NCBI GenBank assembly: GCA_965216565.1
Contig: OZ244170.1
Coordinates: forward strand, 3,776,001 to 3,840,000
Length of the DNA: 64,000 nucleotides
Reading direction: 5' to 3'
Source: Bythopirellula sp.
GTDB lineage: Bacteria; Planctomycetota; Planctomycetia; Pirellulales; Lacipirellulaceae
Part shown: positions 14,834-25,539 of the stretch, piece by piece
How positions within the stretch are numbered: position 1 is the first letter of the stretch
How the letters are laid out: each line of letters starts with the position of its first letter
Position numbers and translations under genes: made by a program
The notes under the pieces: model-generated
What the model saw: the letters and a program-made list of their open reading frames with translations, nothing else
Told to the model about the DNA's origin: nothing
Databases searched by the model: none

Positions 14834-15511
14834 TTACAGCGCCAGCTTTACGCTCGGGCTCATCGTGGCGCTGATGTAGGCCGATCGCAGGTAAACGCCT
14901 TTGATGGAGGATGGCTTGAGGTTCATGATCGTATCGATAAACGCCTGAATGTTTTCGACTAGCTTCTGCGAATCGAAACTCAGCTTGCCGACAATCGCCT
15001 GGACGTTGCCGCCCTTTTCGTTACGAAATTCGACCTTACCCGCTTTGTATTCACCGATGGTCTTGGCGACTTCAGGCGTTACCGTGCCGGCACGGGGCGA
15101 GGGCATCAAGCCACGGGGGCCCAACACTTTACCCAACGGACCAACTACTTTCATCATGTCTGGCGTTGCAATGCAGACGTCGAAGTCGGTCCAGCCGCCT
15201 TGGATCTTCTTGGCCAGGTCTTCGTCGCCCACCTCGTCGGCACCCGCTTCGCGAGCCGCGTCCGCAGCCGGACCTTTGGCAAACACAACCACGCGTTGCT
15301 CTTTGCCAATCCCGTGCGGCAACACAATCGAGCCACGCACGATCTGATCGGCTTGGGCGGCATCGACACCCAACCGCATCACGATTTCAACGGACTGATC
15401 AAATTTCGTGGCGTCGAAGGACTTAAGCGCATCGACTGCCTCGGACAGGGGCAGCGCCTCTTGAGGCTGCTTTTCCAGCGACTTCTTGATTCGTTTGGCT
15501 ACTTTTGGCAT
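14834..15511 (-). CDS. rplA: 50S ribosomal protein L1
   Basis: [23 protein letters not shown]. Confidence 0.98.
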   Translation of the reverse strand: MPKVAKRIKKSLEKQPQEALPLSEAVDALKSFDATKFDQSVEIVMRLGVDAAQADQIVRGSIVLPHGIGKEQRVVVFAKGPAADAAREAGADEVGDEDLAKKIQGGWTDFDVCIATPDMMKVVGPLGKVLGPRGLMPSPRAGTVTPEVAKTIGEYKAGKVEFRNEKGGNVQAIVGKLSFDSQKLVENIQAFIDTIMNLKPSSIKGVYLRSAYISATMSPSVKLAL

Positions 15512-15568
15512 TTCTTATTCGCTTATGTTCGGGGGCGCTCCGCTTCGCCGAAGCGAAGCTCGCCGGGC

Positions 15569-15994
15569 TTAACCTTCGACTTCGATTCCCATGCTCCGGG
15601 CAGTGCCGGCGATCATTTGCACCGCGCTGTCCATGTCGCTGGCATTCAGGTCATTCATCTTCATGGTGGCAATCTCTTCGAGTTGCGATCGCGTGACCTT
15701 GGCCACCTTGTCTTTGTTCGGAACTCCCGAGCCCTTGGCAATGTTGGCCGACTTCTTCAACAGCACGGCAGCCGGCGGGCTTTTGGTGACGAAATCAAAC
15801 GAGCGATCGTTGTACACATTCACGATCACCGGAATCATCATCCCGTTGGCTTCTTTGGTCTTGTCATTAAAAGCCTGCACAAATTGCCCCAGGTTCACGC
15901 CGAACTTACCCAGCGCCGTACCTACCGGAGGAGCAGGTGTTGCCTGACCACCAGGAATTTGAAATTTGGCAGAGCCTACCAATTGTTTTGCCAT
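15569..15994 (-). CDS. rplK: 50S ribosomal protein L11
   Basis: [24 protein letters not shown]. Confidence 0.98.
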   Translation of the reverse strand: MAKQLVGSAKFQIPGGQATPAPPVGTALGKFGVNLGQFVQAFNDKTKEANGMMIPVIVNVYNDRSFDFVTKSPPAAVLLKKSANIAKGSGVPNKDKVAKVTRSQLEEIATMKMNDLNASDMDSAVQMIAGTARSMGIEVEG

Positions 15995-16060
15995 GACTGT
16001 CTCGTTTTCTTAATCTCTAATCCCTCTCCCCCAAGAATGGAGGGGGACTTGGAATGGACG

Positions 16061-16897
16061 CTATGTTTGTTCTACCTGCCAATATTCGAGTTCCACGGGG
16101 GTACTGCGACCGAAGATATTGATCATCACCGTGATGCGACCACTCTGCTCGTCGATTGCGTTGACCTCGCCCTCGAAACTTTCGAAATTGCCTTCCTTCA
16201 CCTTGACCTGGTCACCCAACTTGAACGCGATGTTCAGCTTAGGTGCTTCATCTGTCTCTTCTTCCTCTGTCTGAACGATGCGGGCTACTTCCTGCGGCAA
16301 CATTGGCGTAGGCTTGCCAGCCGAACCGGTGAAGTCGCCTATACCCGAGGTTTCGCGAACCGCAAACCAGGTGTCGTCGTTGATGTGCATATGCACCACG
16401 ATGTAACCCGGATAGAGCTTACGCTCGACCACTTTTTTCTTGCCTGCCTTAAACTCTGTGACCTTTTCGGTCGGCACCATCACGTCGTCGAAGAACTTGT
16501 CCAAGCCTTCGATTGCAATCTTCCGCCGCAGTGCGTCGGCGACTGATCGCTCGCGGTTGCTCTGCACCTTGAGGATGTACCAATCCATCACGATCGGTTC
16601 ATCCGAAGGCTTTTTCTGGTCTTCGGGGTCGACTTCCTTCGTCATCCGAGCAAAGGTTGTCGGTCGGGCAAGGATCTCGACATCGTCGTCGAGCGCCTCT
16701 TCCGCTTCTCCGGAGGAAGCCTCATCCGCTGCATCGTCACCCGCAGACCCAGCGTCCGCAGATTCGTCGCTAGCAGTTTCAGCCACTGGCTCCGACGCCG
16801 TGCTTTGCTCAGCTTCAGGTGGCGCAGAATCAGCAACAGCCGCATCTTCGCTGGCGGCTTCTGCTTCGTCTGCCAATTTGCTTGTGTCGTCAGTCAC
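16061..16897 (-). CDS. nusG: Transcription factor NusG with acidic N-terminal extension
   Basis: WYILKVQSNRE, LYPGYIVV, KOW domain and IFGRSTPVELEYWQV; exact start uncertain. Confidence 0.95.
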   Translation of the reverse strand: MTDDTSKLADEAEAASEDAAVADSAPPEAEQSTASEPVAETASDESADAGSAGDDAADEASSGEAEEALDDDVEILARPTTFARMTKEVDPEDQKKPSDEPIVMDWYILKVQSNRERSVADALRRKIAIEGLDKFFDDVMVPTEKVTEFKAGKKKVVERKLYPGYIVVHMHINDDTWFAVRETSGIGDFTGSAGKPTPMLPQEVARIVQTEEEETDEAPKLNIAFKLGDQVKVKEGNFESFEGEVNAIDEQSGRITVMINIFGRSTPVELEYWQVEQT

Positions 16898-16955
16898 AAA
16901 ACACCCGTTTCGTTCGCTAGTTTCGCTGCGTTACCTTGTGGGCAACTGACCAACG

Positions 16956-17348
16956 CTAGATGAACAACCCTATGAATCCCTTCAGGACGATGTCGTAAAC
17001 AAACAACAATCCGGCCAGGAAAAAAATCACCACGATCACCACCACCGATGCCCGCCAAAGTTCCGACCGACTGGGCCAGGAGACCTTGTTCATTTCCGCT
17101 TCGACAGAAATCAAAAAGTCTGCAAACTTCGAGTAGTTGATAATCCGATGGCTAATCCACCATCCGATTCCCAAGACCACTAGGGGGATCACGTATTGTT
17201 CAATTTCGGTATCGCCACGAGCACTGAGCAACCAGGCACCCGCAGCAACAATCGCCACCATGGCATACAAGGTGACGTTACGGGCAACCTTGCCCTGACT
17301 TCGCTTGTATCGCGAAGTGCTAAACATTCCTGCAATTAACTCAGCCAC
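16956..17348 (-). CDS. secE: Preprotein translocase subunit SecE (3-TM type)
   Basis: EMNKVSWPSRSEL motif; lies between tRNA-Trp and nusG. Confidence 0.92.
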   Translation of the reverse strand: MAELIAGMFSTSRYKRSQGKVARNVTLYAMVAIVAAGAWLLSARGDTEIEQYVIPLVVLGIGWWISHRIINYSKFADFLISVEAEMNKVSWPSRSELWRASVVVIVVIFFLAGLLFVYDIVLKGFIGLFI

Positions 17349-17434
17349 GATGTTTTCCGCTACCGGTTAGGAAACGGCTCACTACTGGAGATTTAAGGCC
17401 CTAGTCTCTCGACCCTTAGCTCTCAACCTTTATA

Positions 17435-17510
17435 TGGCAGGGGCGGTGGGACTCGAACTCACAACCCCTGGTTTTGGAAACCAGTGCTCTGCCAATTGAG
17501 CTACGCCCCT
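17435..17510 (-). tRNA. tRNA-Trp (CCA)
   Basis: AGGGGCGTAGCTCAATTGGCAGAGCA CTGGT TTCCAAA ACCAG...GTTCGAGTCCCACCGCCCCTGCCA; 3' CCA encoded. Confidence 0.97.
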
Positions 17511-17513
17511 GTG

Positions 17514-17606
17514 GGAGAAAGCAGAATTCCGAAAGCGGAAAGCGGAATTGCCAGTGCCGGCTATCCAACTTTTCCGCTTTCCGCTCTCCACTTTCCGCTT
17601 TCAAGT
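17514..17606. repeat. Inverted heptamer array (AAAGCGG)n...(TTTCCGC)n
   Basis: Fills the tuf to tRNA-Trp spacer. Confidence 0.85.
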
Positions 17607-18806
17607 TTACTCAACAATCTTGGTGACAACGCCCGAACCAACGGTCTTACCACCTTCTCGAATTGCGAAACGAACACCGTCGTCCATAGCAATTGGCTTC
17701 ATCAGCTCGACGCTTAGCTTGGTGTTATCACCAGGCATGCACATCTCGGCATCGCCAATCAGATTGGCAGTACCGGTGACGTCGGTCGTACGGAAGTAAA
17801 ACTGGGGACGATAACCGCTGAAGAACGGGGTGTGTCGGCCACCTTCCTCTTTACTGAGGACGTAGACTTCTGCCTCGAACTTCGTATGCGGGGTGATGCT
17901 GCCCGGCTTGGCCAGCACTTGACCACGCTGGATATCTTCACGCTTCACACCACGAAGCAAACAACCAACGTTCTGACCAGCAAAACCTTCGTCCATGGTC
18001 TTGTTGAAGGCCTCGACGCCCGTGCATGTCGTCTTGGTGGGTGCTTCGGTCAAACCGATGATTTCGACTTCCTCACCAGTCTTGACCGTACCTCGCTCGA
18101 TACGACCCGTGGCTACCGTACCACGACCTTCGATCGAGAAGACGTCTTCGATAGCCATCAGGAATGGCTTGTCGTTTTCGCGAACAGGCTCGGGAATGTA
18201 GGAATCGATGGCATCCATCAACTCGCCGATCGGCTTGGCAGCCGCTTCGTCTTCTGGATTTTCGATCGCAGCCTTCGAATTACCACGCACCAGAGGCACC
18301 TCGTCGCCGGGGAAGCCATAGGTGGTAAGCAGTTCGCGAATCTCGAGCTCGACCAATTCGAGCAGTTCTTCGTCGTCGACCAGGTCGCACTTGTTCAGGT
18401 AAACCACAATCTTAGGCACACCCACCTGACGAGCGAGCAAAATGTGCTCTCGCGTCTGAGGCATCGGGCCATCGGCCGCGGAAACCACCAAAATGGCCCC
18501 GTCCATCTGGGCGGCACCGGTGATCATGTTCTTAATAAAGTCAGCATGGCCCGGGCAATCGATGTGGGCGTAGTGACGCGTATCGGTCTCATACTCCACA
18601 TGCGCAACCGCAATGGTCACAGTTTTGGTTTCGTCACGTACCGTACCGCCCTTGGCGATATCCGCGTAACTCTTGAACTTAGCCAGACCCTTGGTGGCCT
18701 GCACTGCAAGAATCGCGCCGGTGGTGGTTGTTTTGCCGTGGTCAATGTGCCCAATGGTTCCCACGTTGACGTGAGGTTTGGTGCATTCAAAGGTATCCTT
18801 GGCCAT
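17607..18806 (-). CDS. tuf: Elongation factor Tu
   Basis: [36 protein letters not shown]. Confidence 0.99.
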   Translation of the reverse strand: MAKDTFECTKPHVNVGTIGHIDHGKTTTTGAILAVQATKGLAKFKSYADIAKGGTVRDETKTVTIAVAHVEYETDTRHYAHIDCPGHADFIKNMITGAAQMDGAILVVSAADGPMPQTREHILLARQVGVPKIVVYLNKCDLVDDEELLELVELEIRELLTTYGFPGDEVPLVRGNSKAAIENPEDEAAAKPIGELMDAIDSYIPEPVRENDKPFLMAIEDVFSIEGRGTVATGRIERGTVKTGEEVEIIGLTEAPTKTTCTGVEAFNKTMDEGFAGQNVGCLLRGVKREDIQRGQVLAKPGSITPHTKFEAEVYVLSKEEGGRHTPFFSGYRPQFYFRTTDVTGTANLIGDAEMCMPGDNTKLSVELMKPIAMDDGVRFAIREGGKTVGSGVVTKIVE

Positions 18807-18927
18807 TTTTCTCCCTAACTACTTTCGGTAAAATGTGTTTCACAGACAAAAAAATGGAGTTGTCTTCAAAACTCGCAGACAATAACTGGTGTCACTATAA
18901 AATTGGTTTGTCAGGCGTAATCTCAAA

Positions 18928-19000
<73 letters not shown>

Positions 19001-19001
19001 A

Positions 19002-19089
19002 AGCCAAGAGCTGAGAGTCAAGAGTCGAGAGTTTCATACTACCATCACCTTCTCCGGCTCTTAGCTCTCTGCTCTGGACTCTCAACTCT
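19002..19089. repeat. Inverted heptamer array (AGAGTCR/YGACTCT type)
   Basis: AAGAGCT GAGAGTC AAGAGTC GAGAGTT ... GGCTCTT AGCTCTC TGCTCTG GACTCTC AACTCT; same family as 52682-52760. Confidence 0.85.
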
Positions 19090-19094
19090 TACAA

Positions 19095-19165
19095 AGCGGG
19101 TGAAGGGAATCGAACCCTCGTCATCAGCTTGGAAGGCTGTTGCTCTACCATTGAGCTACACCCGC
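19095..19165 (-). tRNA. tRNA-Gly (TCC)
   Basis: GCGGGTGTAGCTCAATGGTAGAGCA...CTTCCAA...GGTTCGATTCCCTTCACCCGCT. Confidence 0.97.
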
Positions 19166-19315
19166 GGGGGATGGTTGATGTGAGATGTATGATTGATGAT
19201 GTCAGAACTCGCACCCCCGACGTTGTCAATCACCTCACACCCAACAAGCTCACTTCAAGGTCCTACTACTTCACACCGATCTACAATTTCACAACTCACA
19301 TCAAACATTCTTCAT

Positions 19316-19397
19316 TGGGGGGTGCAGGATTCGAACCTGCGAAGGCAGAGCCATCAGATTTACAGTCTGACCCGTTTGACCGCTTCGGTAACCCCCC
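19316..19397 (-). tRNA. tRNA-Tyr (GTA)
   Basis: TCAGA CTGTAAA TCTGA anticodon arm, long variable arm, GGTTCGAATCC. Confidence 0.97.
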
Positions 19398-19737
19398 GGG
19401 CCCTGCCGTTTCGCCGACGCTTTACTTCTTAGTCAAAGTGCCTACTGGCTGCGTTTGCTAAGGCCCAGCGTGAGAGATGTCCTACCTCAAAGAGCAATCC
19501 ATTTGCACTTAGCAATTCTTGTAACTGCGTTCCTCGAAACCGTCTTTCTTGAAACCGCGTCTCTTAAAACGATGTCCATGGGTTTAGCAGTTACTCGGAA
19601 ACACCCAGTCGCCACTCAGTATCAAATTTCTCAGTATCAGATTTCATCGAGGCCACTCGCAAGCGGCCTACACATCTCCTTTACTAATTTGCACTTCGAT
19701 CCACCCTACGCTGCTACTCGATTTCGACTCAATGACG

Positions 19738-19810
19738 AGCTAGCGGAGGGACTTGAACCCACAACCTGCTGATTACAAATCAGCTGCTCTGCCAATTGAG
19801 CTACGCTAGC
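19738..19810 (-). tRNA. tRNA-Thr (TGT)
   Basis: GCTGA TTTGTAA TCAGC anticodon arm, GGTTCAAGTCC. Confidence 0.97.
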
Positions 19811-19840
19811 CTGGGTAGGGGAAACTTGTGCGAATCAACT

Positions 19841-19868
19841 AATATACCCAGCGTGGATATAGCCGCAA
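19841..19868 (-). promoter_or_regulatory. Sigma-70 promoter of the tRNA-tuf operon
   Basis: TTGCGG-N16-TATATT about 30 nt upstream of tRNA-Thr(TGT). Confidence 0.6.
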
Positions 19869-20172
19869 GGCGGGTCACAGCGAATTTCGGGCCAAAAGTC
19901 GCTTTTCCCAAATCGAGGCCTGCCCAAAACTTAGACACCCCCCGCTATCAGCAAGGTTCCCCTAATTTCACACACATTTCTTAGCCTTCGAGGCTGAAGG
20001 CATTCAGGCTCGAGAGCACACGATGCCCACCGCTTCGAAACATCGAGAGCGGGCAAGACCCCTCGGCGTCCCCCAGCACGACATACATATGACATATATA
20101 TGAAGCAAATATTCACCCTAACGTCACCCTAGCGCAGCGAGCCAAGGCGTCCCCGCCCTTGGCCGCAAACCC

Positions 20173-23100
20173 CTAAGCATTCGGGTCAATGACCGGCGCT
20201 GGCGGCAGCGGGGCCGGTGCTGGCGGGAAAGGCACGTTGGAGTCATCGTGGTTTTGCCACACGGCTGGTTGCTGGATGGCGGGCGGAAGCTCTGGCATTT
20301 CGTCGAGAATCTCGATCACCGGTAACTGGGCCCGCCCGAACTCTCCCGTTTCCAAGAGTTGCTCGACGGTTGTATCCCTGAATTGAGCCTCTGGCTTCCC
20401 ATCAGGAAACTCTGGAGCCCGCTCGATCAAGTTCCGCACATCAGCCAAATCGTCCCGCAGACGATCTGCCCCCAACAGCCGGAGGCTACCTTCCACGCCG
20501 AGAATCACTAGAGTTTCCCTGTCCCGAGAAAATACGACTTCGCTCACCAACTCACCATCAAACACCTGCAATTCGGTTCGATATTGATCGAGCACCGTGT
20601 CCCAAAATTGCAATCTCCCCCCCTCAGCCTGCAGCATCAATAGCTCGGTTCCTGGGAGCATGCCTAGCGGCTCGTTTCTAGCCAGGTTGATTTCTGAAAG
20701 CGTCTCGCCGGAATTGGTGTCAATAACCGACGCTTGCCGGATGAATTTGCTAAAGGCCACCACTCGCCGCCCATCCTCAGAAAACGTGCAGTAACCATCG
20801 ATGTCGAGTGTGGGCAAATCCACGCTTTTTGAGGATTTGGCCTCCAAGTCCCACGTTTCCATCACCGTCGTTAGCCCCGGATCGCTGGCCGTTTTAGACT
20901 CGCTGAAGACAGCCAGTGCACGGCTCGATGGCACAAATTGCAGAGAAATCGGCTCGCCCTCGAGAGGCGGCAATTCCCAGAACAGTTCGCGGCTCTTGAA
21001 ATCGTAGACCTTAACTTGCTTTTCCCTGGTGTTGAGAGTCGCAAAAAATTTCAGATCGTCCGATACCGCAATATCGCTCAGATCCTGACGTTGCTGAGGG
21101 TCTTGGTAGAGCGGGCCCCACAACTCATCGCCGGTGCCCGCTTCCAAGTCGAAAGCAAGCAATCTGTCGTGCGTCGCCATAACCAGTTGTTTGCCATCAG
21201 CAGAAGCGACGATCTCTGTGCCGATGTTGCCAACTGGATGGGAAGTAAACATTCCTGCCAAGGAGTTGGCGACCACTTCATTAATCATATTAATCGCACC
21301 GGCAAATCCTGATCTCTGTGAGATGTTGCGTTGAGGGGGATTAAAGAAATCGTGCGTCGCCTGTGCAGTTCCCTCAGAGAGATCAATTAGCTGTAGCTGA
21401 AAGAACGGGGTCTGTTGCTCTTCGGGAACCTCTGTATTGGCGTTTGGTGCCTGCTCGGCATTGGGATCAAATTCGGGGGGATCGGGGCCGACAGCCAGCA
21501 AAATGAACTGATCGGCCTCCGGTGCCAGCAGCACCCGTCCCGGACGATGGAAGGCAGAAACCGTTTCCGTACGGTCCTGGCAGATGTCGTCCAGGTTCCA
21601 GAATCGCAGGAATTGGTCTAATCCGACCGAAGCCAGCCGTTTCCCATCAGGCGAGAAGTCGACATTCACCACATCGCCCCGATGAGCGGGAATCCTGTGA
21701 ATTCTCGAGGGGTTGTCCAATTCGGCCACCTGAATCAACGGGCGACGATCTAGCAACATGGCCAGCCGAGATTTTTGCTTGTCCAGCGCAGCAAACCGAT
21801 TGCGCTGATAGTCGATGAACATTCCCGAACGAAACCGACCATACTCCGCACCCCGTATTTGGGTGCCCTGCACGAGATCGAGTTCGTAGTAGGATACGTC
21901 TGCGTCAAACAGCGCCGTCTCTATATCTAGTAGTGAGTAGACGTTTTCGAACATTCCCCCCACACTCATGCCAAAAAAGGCTACCTCCTCCTCACTCACT
22001 GCCAGAGGGAGCAAATCCATTTCCGCTTCTTCCGAGCCTAGTGGAAAGAGCTTGGTTTGCTCCGTGTCGCTGTGGTACGTCCAAAGAAATCCTCCCGCTT
22101 CGGTCTCGCAGAAACAGGCAACGATAGCCGGCCCAATCTTGACCGTACCCTGTATCTTTGTCCCTGCGCCGGGGGAAAAGTACTTTGTCGTTTCGTCACC
22201 CGATTGCAAGTCCTGGTCGGTCAATCGGTGCCAGCGGCTTTGCTGCTCCCCATACTCGTCCACCGGCAGCGAGGTGTTGCGCAGGTATTCCGGGTAATTT
22301 TGAGCGTACTCGACTTCGGATGTCAGGTTTTGATTCACAAAACCCGATTCCTTGGCCGTAATCGTCTCACGCCAGGGCTGATCGTACTGCCGCTCGATTC
22401 TTAGCTGGTTCGTGGTTAGGTCCCAGACTTCGACGAACATGGTGCCTAATGCAGTTGGGACTTCCTTTTCATACCCTTCCTGTCGGGAAACCATAGCCAG
22501 GTTCTTGCCATCCATTGAAAAGTGCAACTCGACGACCTCGTCCATGCCGCTCTGCAAGATCGCATTGATCTTTCCCGACTCGGCATCCCGCAGTTCCACC
22601 TCATTAGTTACTCCCCCCAGCGCAAGAAGATCCCCCCGAGGAGAATAGGCCATCACAAAGCTGTTCGGGCGCTCCAGTGGCACGGACCGCTCTTCTCGCA
22701 CCGTTTGGTGGTGCATGGCATGCCACAGAAAATCTCGCAAAGCCGACGGGCAGCGATCTTCGTTTTCCAGCAGCGAACGGGCCATCATTGGGTCGGTGCC
22801 CAGCAGCCGCCCCGCTTCGCTGAGCGTGCTGTTGTAAGCAACCCGCGCCGCACGCGCTTCCTGCTGCTCGGCCAGCGCCCGGGCAGCCACTGCTTCTTCG
22901 GCACTCTGTTTGGCTTGCTCTTCGGAGGCAACCGCGCGATCGCGCTGGGTTCGGGCCTCATCCCGCTCGGCACTCACCGCAAAAAACGCGAAGGCTGAGA
23001 CCGCGGCAACCAACAGCAATCCGGCCGCGGCGGCTCCCGTGAACCCCCGATGCCGACGGGTCCAACGCTGGATGCGTTGCCCAATGGTGTCGGGCCGAGC

Positions 23101-24411
23101 ATGCGTGGGCTCGTCCGCCAGGTGACGCTCAATATCTTCGGCCAATGCGCGGGCCGACTCATAGCGCTCGTGCGGCTGGCGGGCCATCGCTTTCAGGCAA
23201 ATCGCTTCCAGCGACTTGGCGATCTGTGGATTCACTTCGCGAGGCTTTTTAAAGGCCCCCGACTGCACGGCCGAAAGAACCACACCCACATCAGCCCCGC
23301 CAAATGGCGGCCTGCCGGTGAGCACATGATAGAGCGTTGCCCCCAAACTGTAGACGTCGCTCGCGGCACCTAGCTGATGGATAGCGCCCGCAGCCTGTTC
23401 GGGGCTCATATAACCGGGTGTGCCGATGGTCGATCCCATTTTGGTCGGTGCGGAATCATCGGCGGAGGCGGGTTGCAGAGTCGATTCCGGAGATCGCAAT
23501 TCCGAATCTCGATGTTCAGTTCCAACCTTGGCCAGCCCCCAATCGACCACCAGCGTTTCGCCGTAGCGACCCAACATGATGTTGCCGGGCTTCAGGTCGC
23601 GGTGCAGTACCCCACGACTATGAGCGTACTCAAGCGCGTCGCACACGTCGATAAATCGCCGCAATAACTTCCGCAACTCCAATTCATAACCGACTTGCTT
23701 GGGGTCGCGACCCAACGTGCGATGAAATGTCTCGGTGGCATCCTGCAAGCTATCGCCGCGGATGAAACGCATGGCGTAGAACGGTCGCCCATCGGCATAG
23801 TGCCCCAATCCGTACACGGGAACCACGCCCGGATGCTCCAACCCGCCGGTGACCTCGGCCTCCAGGACGAATCGATTGCGACTACCGGGATCGTCGGCGT
23901 AACGCGGTTGCAGTTCCTTGAGAGCCACTTCGCGAGAAAGCTCGTCGTCGACCGCCACCGACACTTGGCCGATCCCACCTTTGGCATGCATTCGCACGAC
24001 ACGAAATCGCTCTGCCGCGGAGGGAAACTCTTTCGAAACCGACGAAGGGCCCACCTGGGTCGAGTCCGGCACCCGCGTTGCCGTCGAGGGTAAGTGGGCG
24101 AGACTGGCATCGACCGCCGCCACCCCGAGCGTCTGCAGTTCATCGCCCAACGAACCAACGCTGCTCAATGTCGCCAGGCTACGCACCGGATTGTTATCGT
24201 TGAGTTCCAGATGCTGCTGGACCAGGGCATCGACTAACTCCTTGGTCTGCTGACTAAGCGCACCTTGTCGGTGCAAGATTTCACCCAGCGACTCATCGTC
24301 GGAAGTGGTTTTCTCCCGCACGGCGGCTACGAGCGCATCGCGTTCTACCAATCCCATCTGCACGGCCAGAATACCGTAGAGCAAATCGCGATCGGAAAAG
24401 CTGGCTGCCAT
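20173..24411 (-). CDS. Membrane Ser/Thr protein kinase with coiled coil and WD40 repeats
   Basis: KGGIGQV, VALKEL, HRDLKPGN, DWGLAK, YMSPEQ; TM segment AAAGLLLVAAVSAFAFFAV; WD40 repeat HRGDVVNVDFSPDGKRLASVGLDQFLRFWNL. Confidence 0.93.
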   Translation of the reverse strand: MAASFSDRDLLYGILAVQMGLVERDALVAAVREKTTSDDESLGEILHRQGALSQQTKELVDALVQQHLELNDNNPVRSLATLSSVGSLGDELQTLGVAAVDASLAHLPSTATRVPDSTQVGPSSVSKEFPSAAERFRVVRMHAKGGIGQVSVAVDDELSREVALKELQPRYADDPGSRNRFVLEAEVTGGLEHPGVVPVYGLGHYADGRPFYAMRFIRGDSLQDATETFHRTLGRDPKQVGYELELRKLLRRFIDVCDALEYAHSRGVLHRDLKPGNIMLGRYGETLVVDWGLAKVGTEHRDSELRSPESTLQPASADDSAPTKMGSTIGTPGYMSPEQAAGAIHQLGAASDVYSLGATLYHVLTGRPPFGGADVGVVLSAVQSGAFKKPREVNPQIAKSLEAICLKAMARQPHERYESARALAEDIERHLADEPTHARPDTIGQRIQRWTRRHRGFTGAAAAGLLLVAAVSAFAFFAVSAERDEARTQRDRAVASEEQAKQSAEEAVAARALAEQQEARAARVAYNSTLSEAGRLLGTDPMMARSLLENEDRCPSALRDFLWHAMHHQTVREERSVPLERPNSFVMAYSPRGDLLALGGVTNEVELRDAESGKINAILQSGMDEVVELHFSMDGKNLAMVSRQEGYEKEVPTALGTMFVEVWDLTTNQLRIERQYDQPWRETITAKESGFVNQNLTSEVEYAQNYPEYLRNTSLPVDEYGEQQSRWHRLTDQDLQSGDETTKYFSPGAGTKIQGTVKIGPAIVACFCETEAGGFLWTYHSDTEQTKLFPLGSEEAEMDLLPLAVSEEEVAFFGMSVGGMFENVYSLLDIETALFDADVSYYELDLVQGTQIRGAEYGRFRSGMFIDYQRNRFAALDKQKSRLAMLLDRRPLIQVAELDNPSRIHRIPAHRGDVVNVDFSPDGKRLASVGLDQFLRFWNLDDICQDRTETVSAFHRPGRVLLAPEADQFILLAVGPDPPEFDPNAEQAPNANTEVPEEQQTPFFQLQLIDLSEGTAQATHDFFNPPQRNISQRSGFAGAINMINEVVANSLAGMFTSHPVGNIGTEIVASADGKQLVMATHDRLLAFDLEAGTGDELWGPLYQDPQQRQDLSDIAVSDDLKFFATLNTREKQVKVYDFKSRELFWELPPLEGEPISLQFVPSSRALAVFSESKTASDPGLTTVMETWDLEAKSSKSVDLPTLDIDGYCTFSEDGRRVVAFSKFIRQASVIDTNSGETLSEINLARNEPLGMLPGTELLMLQAEGGRLQFWDTVLDQYRTELQVFDGELVSEVVFSRDRETLVILGVEGSLRLLGADRLRDDLADVRNLIERAPEFPDGKPEAQFRDTTVEQLLETGEFGRAQLPVIEILDEMPELPPAIQQPAVWQNHDDSNVPFPPAPAPLPPAPVIDPNA

Positions 24412-24614
24412 TGCCGCGTCTCGGAGATTCCTGATAGCAAGGGCAGAGATCGACTAACTGCCACTAAATATATCGTAATTGAATCCCGCAAAATTCTCTA
24501 CGCGTGCTAGTGGAAGCGTAGAAACACCAGCGGCCAGCGCTAATCTGTTTAAGCGCTGGCCGCGGCGACGTTCATTGGCTTTGGCGACAGAGCCATGGCC
24601 CTGTCCCAGGTTGG

Positions 24615-24848
24615 CTAATACTCCAGGTATCCACCTGCCAACAGTCGATTCGTTGGGACGTGGGCCTGGTAGTTCTCCAGATCGATTGGCAAATCGAACT
24701 CGGCTTCCAACTCGCCCCGTAGCACCCGCACGTGTTTGGGGGCATCGATGCCGAGGCGAATACTCTTGCCTTTGATACCGACAACTTTCACGGTGATATC
24801 GCCAGCTATTTTAATCTCTTCTCCAAGTTTGCGACCTAATACTAGCAT
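24615..24848 (-). CDS. csrA: Carbon storage regulator CsrA family protein
   Basis: MLVLGRKLGEEIKI...IRLGIDAPKHVRVLRGEL; SD AGGAGG before ATG 24848. Confidence 0.92.
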   Translation of the reverse strand: MLVLGRKLGEEIKIAGDITVKVVGIKGKSIRLGIDAPKHVRVLRGELEAEFDLPIDLENYQAHVPTNRLLAGGYLEY

Positions 24849-25435
24849 GACTCGAACCTCCTCTTTTTGATTATCTCTGGAAACCAGCATCGTTGCAGCA
24901 CTGCGCAACGTACTAGTGAATTGCCTAGGAAAACAACCGATTCACTTCTTCGCTAGAAAAGCAGAAGCAACGGGTGGCCCACGGCAAGAGAAAATCGGTT
25001 GAGCGACAGAAATGCCCAACCAGTCTCGAGCAGTCTCGATTCGACCGAGAAATTGTGGAGTAAGAAACTCGCCGAGATAAAGGCGACAACCGACTAACTT
25101 TCGCAGCCCGAGAACATGGCTGGAACGCTTGCGACGGCGACGACGCTTTTGGAGAGACGTGAGCTCTTGCTTGGCAAACTCGCTCTGCAGAGGTTGATCG
25201 GAGCGAACCACTTGGTTCGAATCGGCATCCGACCCGCAACTTTGTTCAAGCTGGGGAGAGGTGCAACCTAACAAGCACAGAAGTTTGAGGATATTACAGA
25301 GCATTGCCAATCCTTGGCGTGCGGCAGAGAGAAGTTCTCCAAGCCGACTTTAACCTTCCTTAGTCAAACTAGAACGCGGTGAATTTTTCTGAGTGGAGGC
25401 GATCGGACAATCGCCCCCGTGGTTCAGACGCACAC

Positions 25436-25465
25436 AATATGTTCGCACGCACCTGGATGCGTCAA
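25436..25465 (-). promoter_or_regulatory. Candidate promoter about 590 nt upstream of csrA
   Basis: TTGACG-N18-CATATT. Confidence 0.4.
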
Positions 25466-25539
25466 TCGCAATTTTTTGCGGGTGAATGTATTGCTAGCAG
25501 AAGCCCCCAATGCCTTCACTCTGCAACACGGCGTTGCAA

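Noticed and set aside
18783..18785. EF-Tu Cys in place of the usual Arg (FECTKPH)
   Set aside because: A single-base difference that cannot be told from a sequencing error without reads.
24942..25310. 122-aa ORF upstream of csrA
   Set aside because: TTG start, no recognisable family, atypical composition; more likely non-coding leader.
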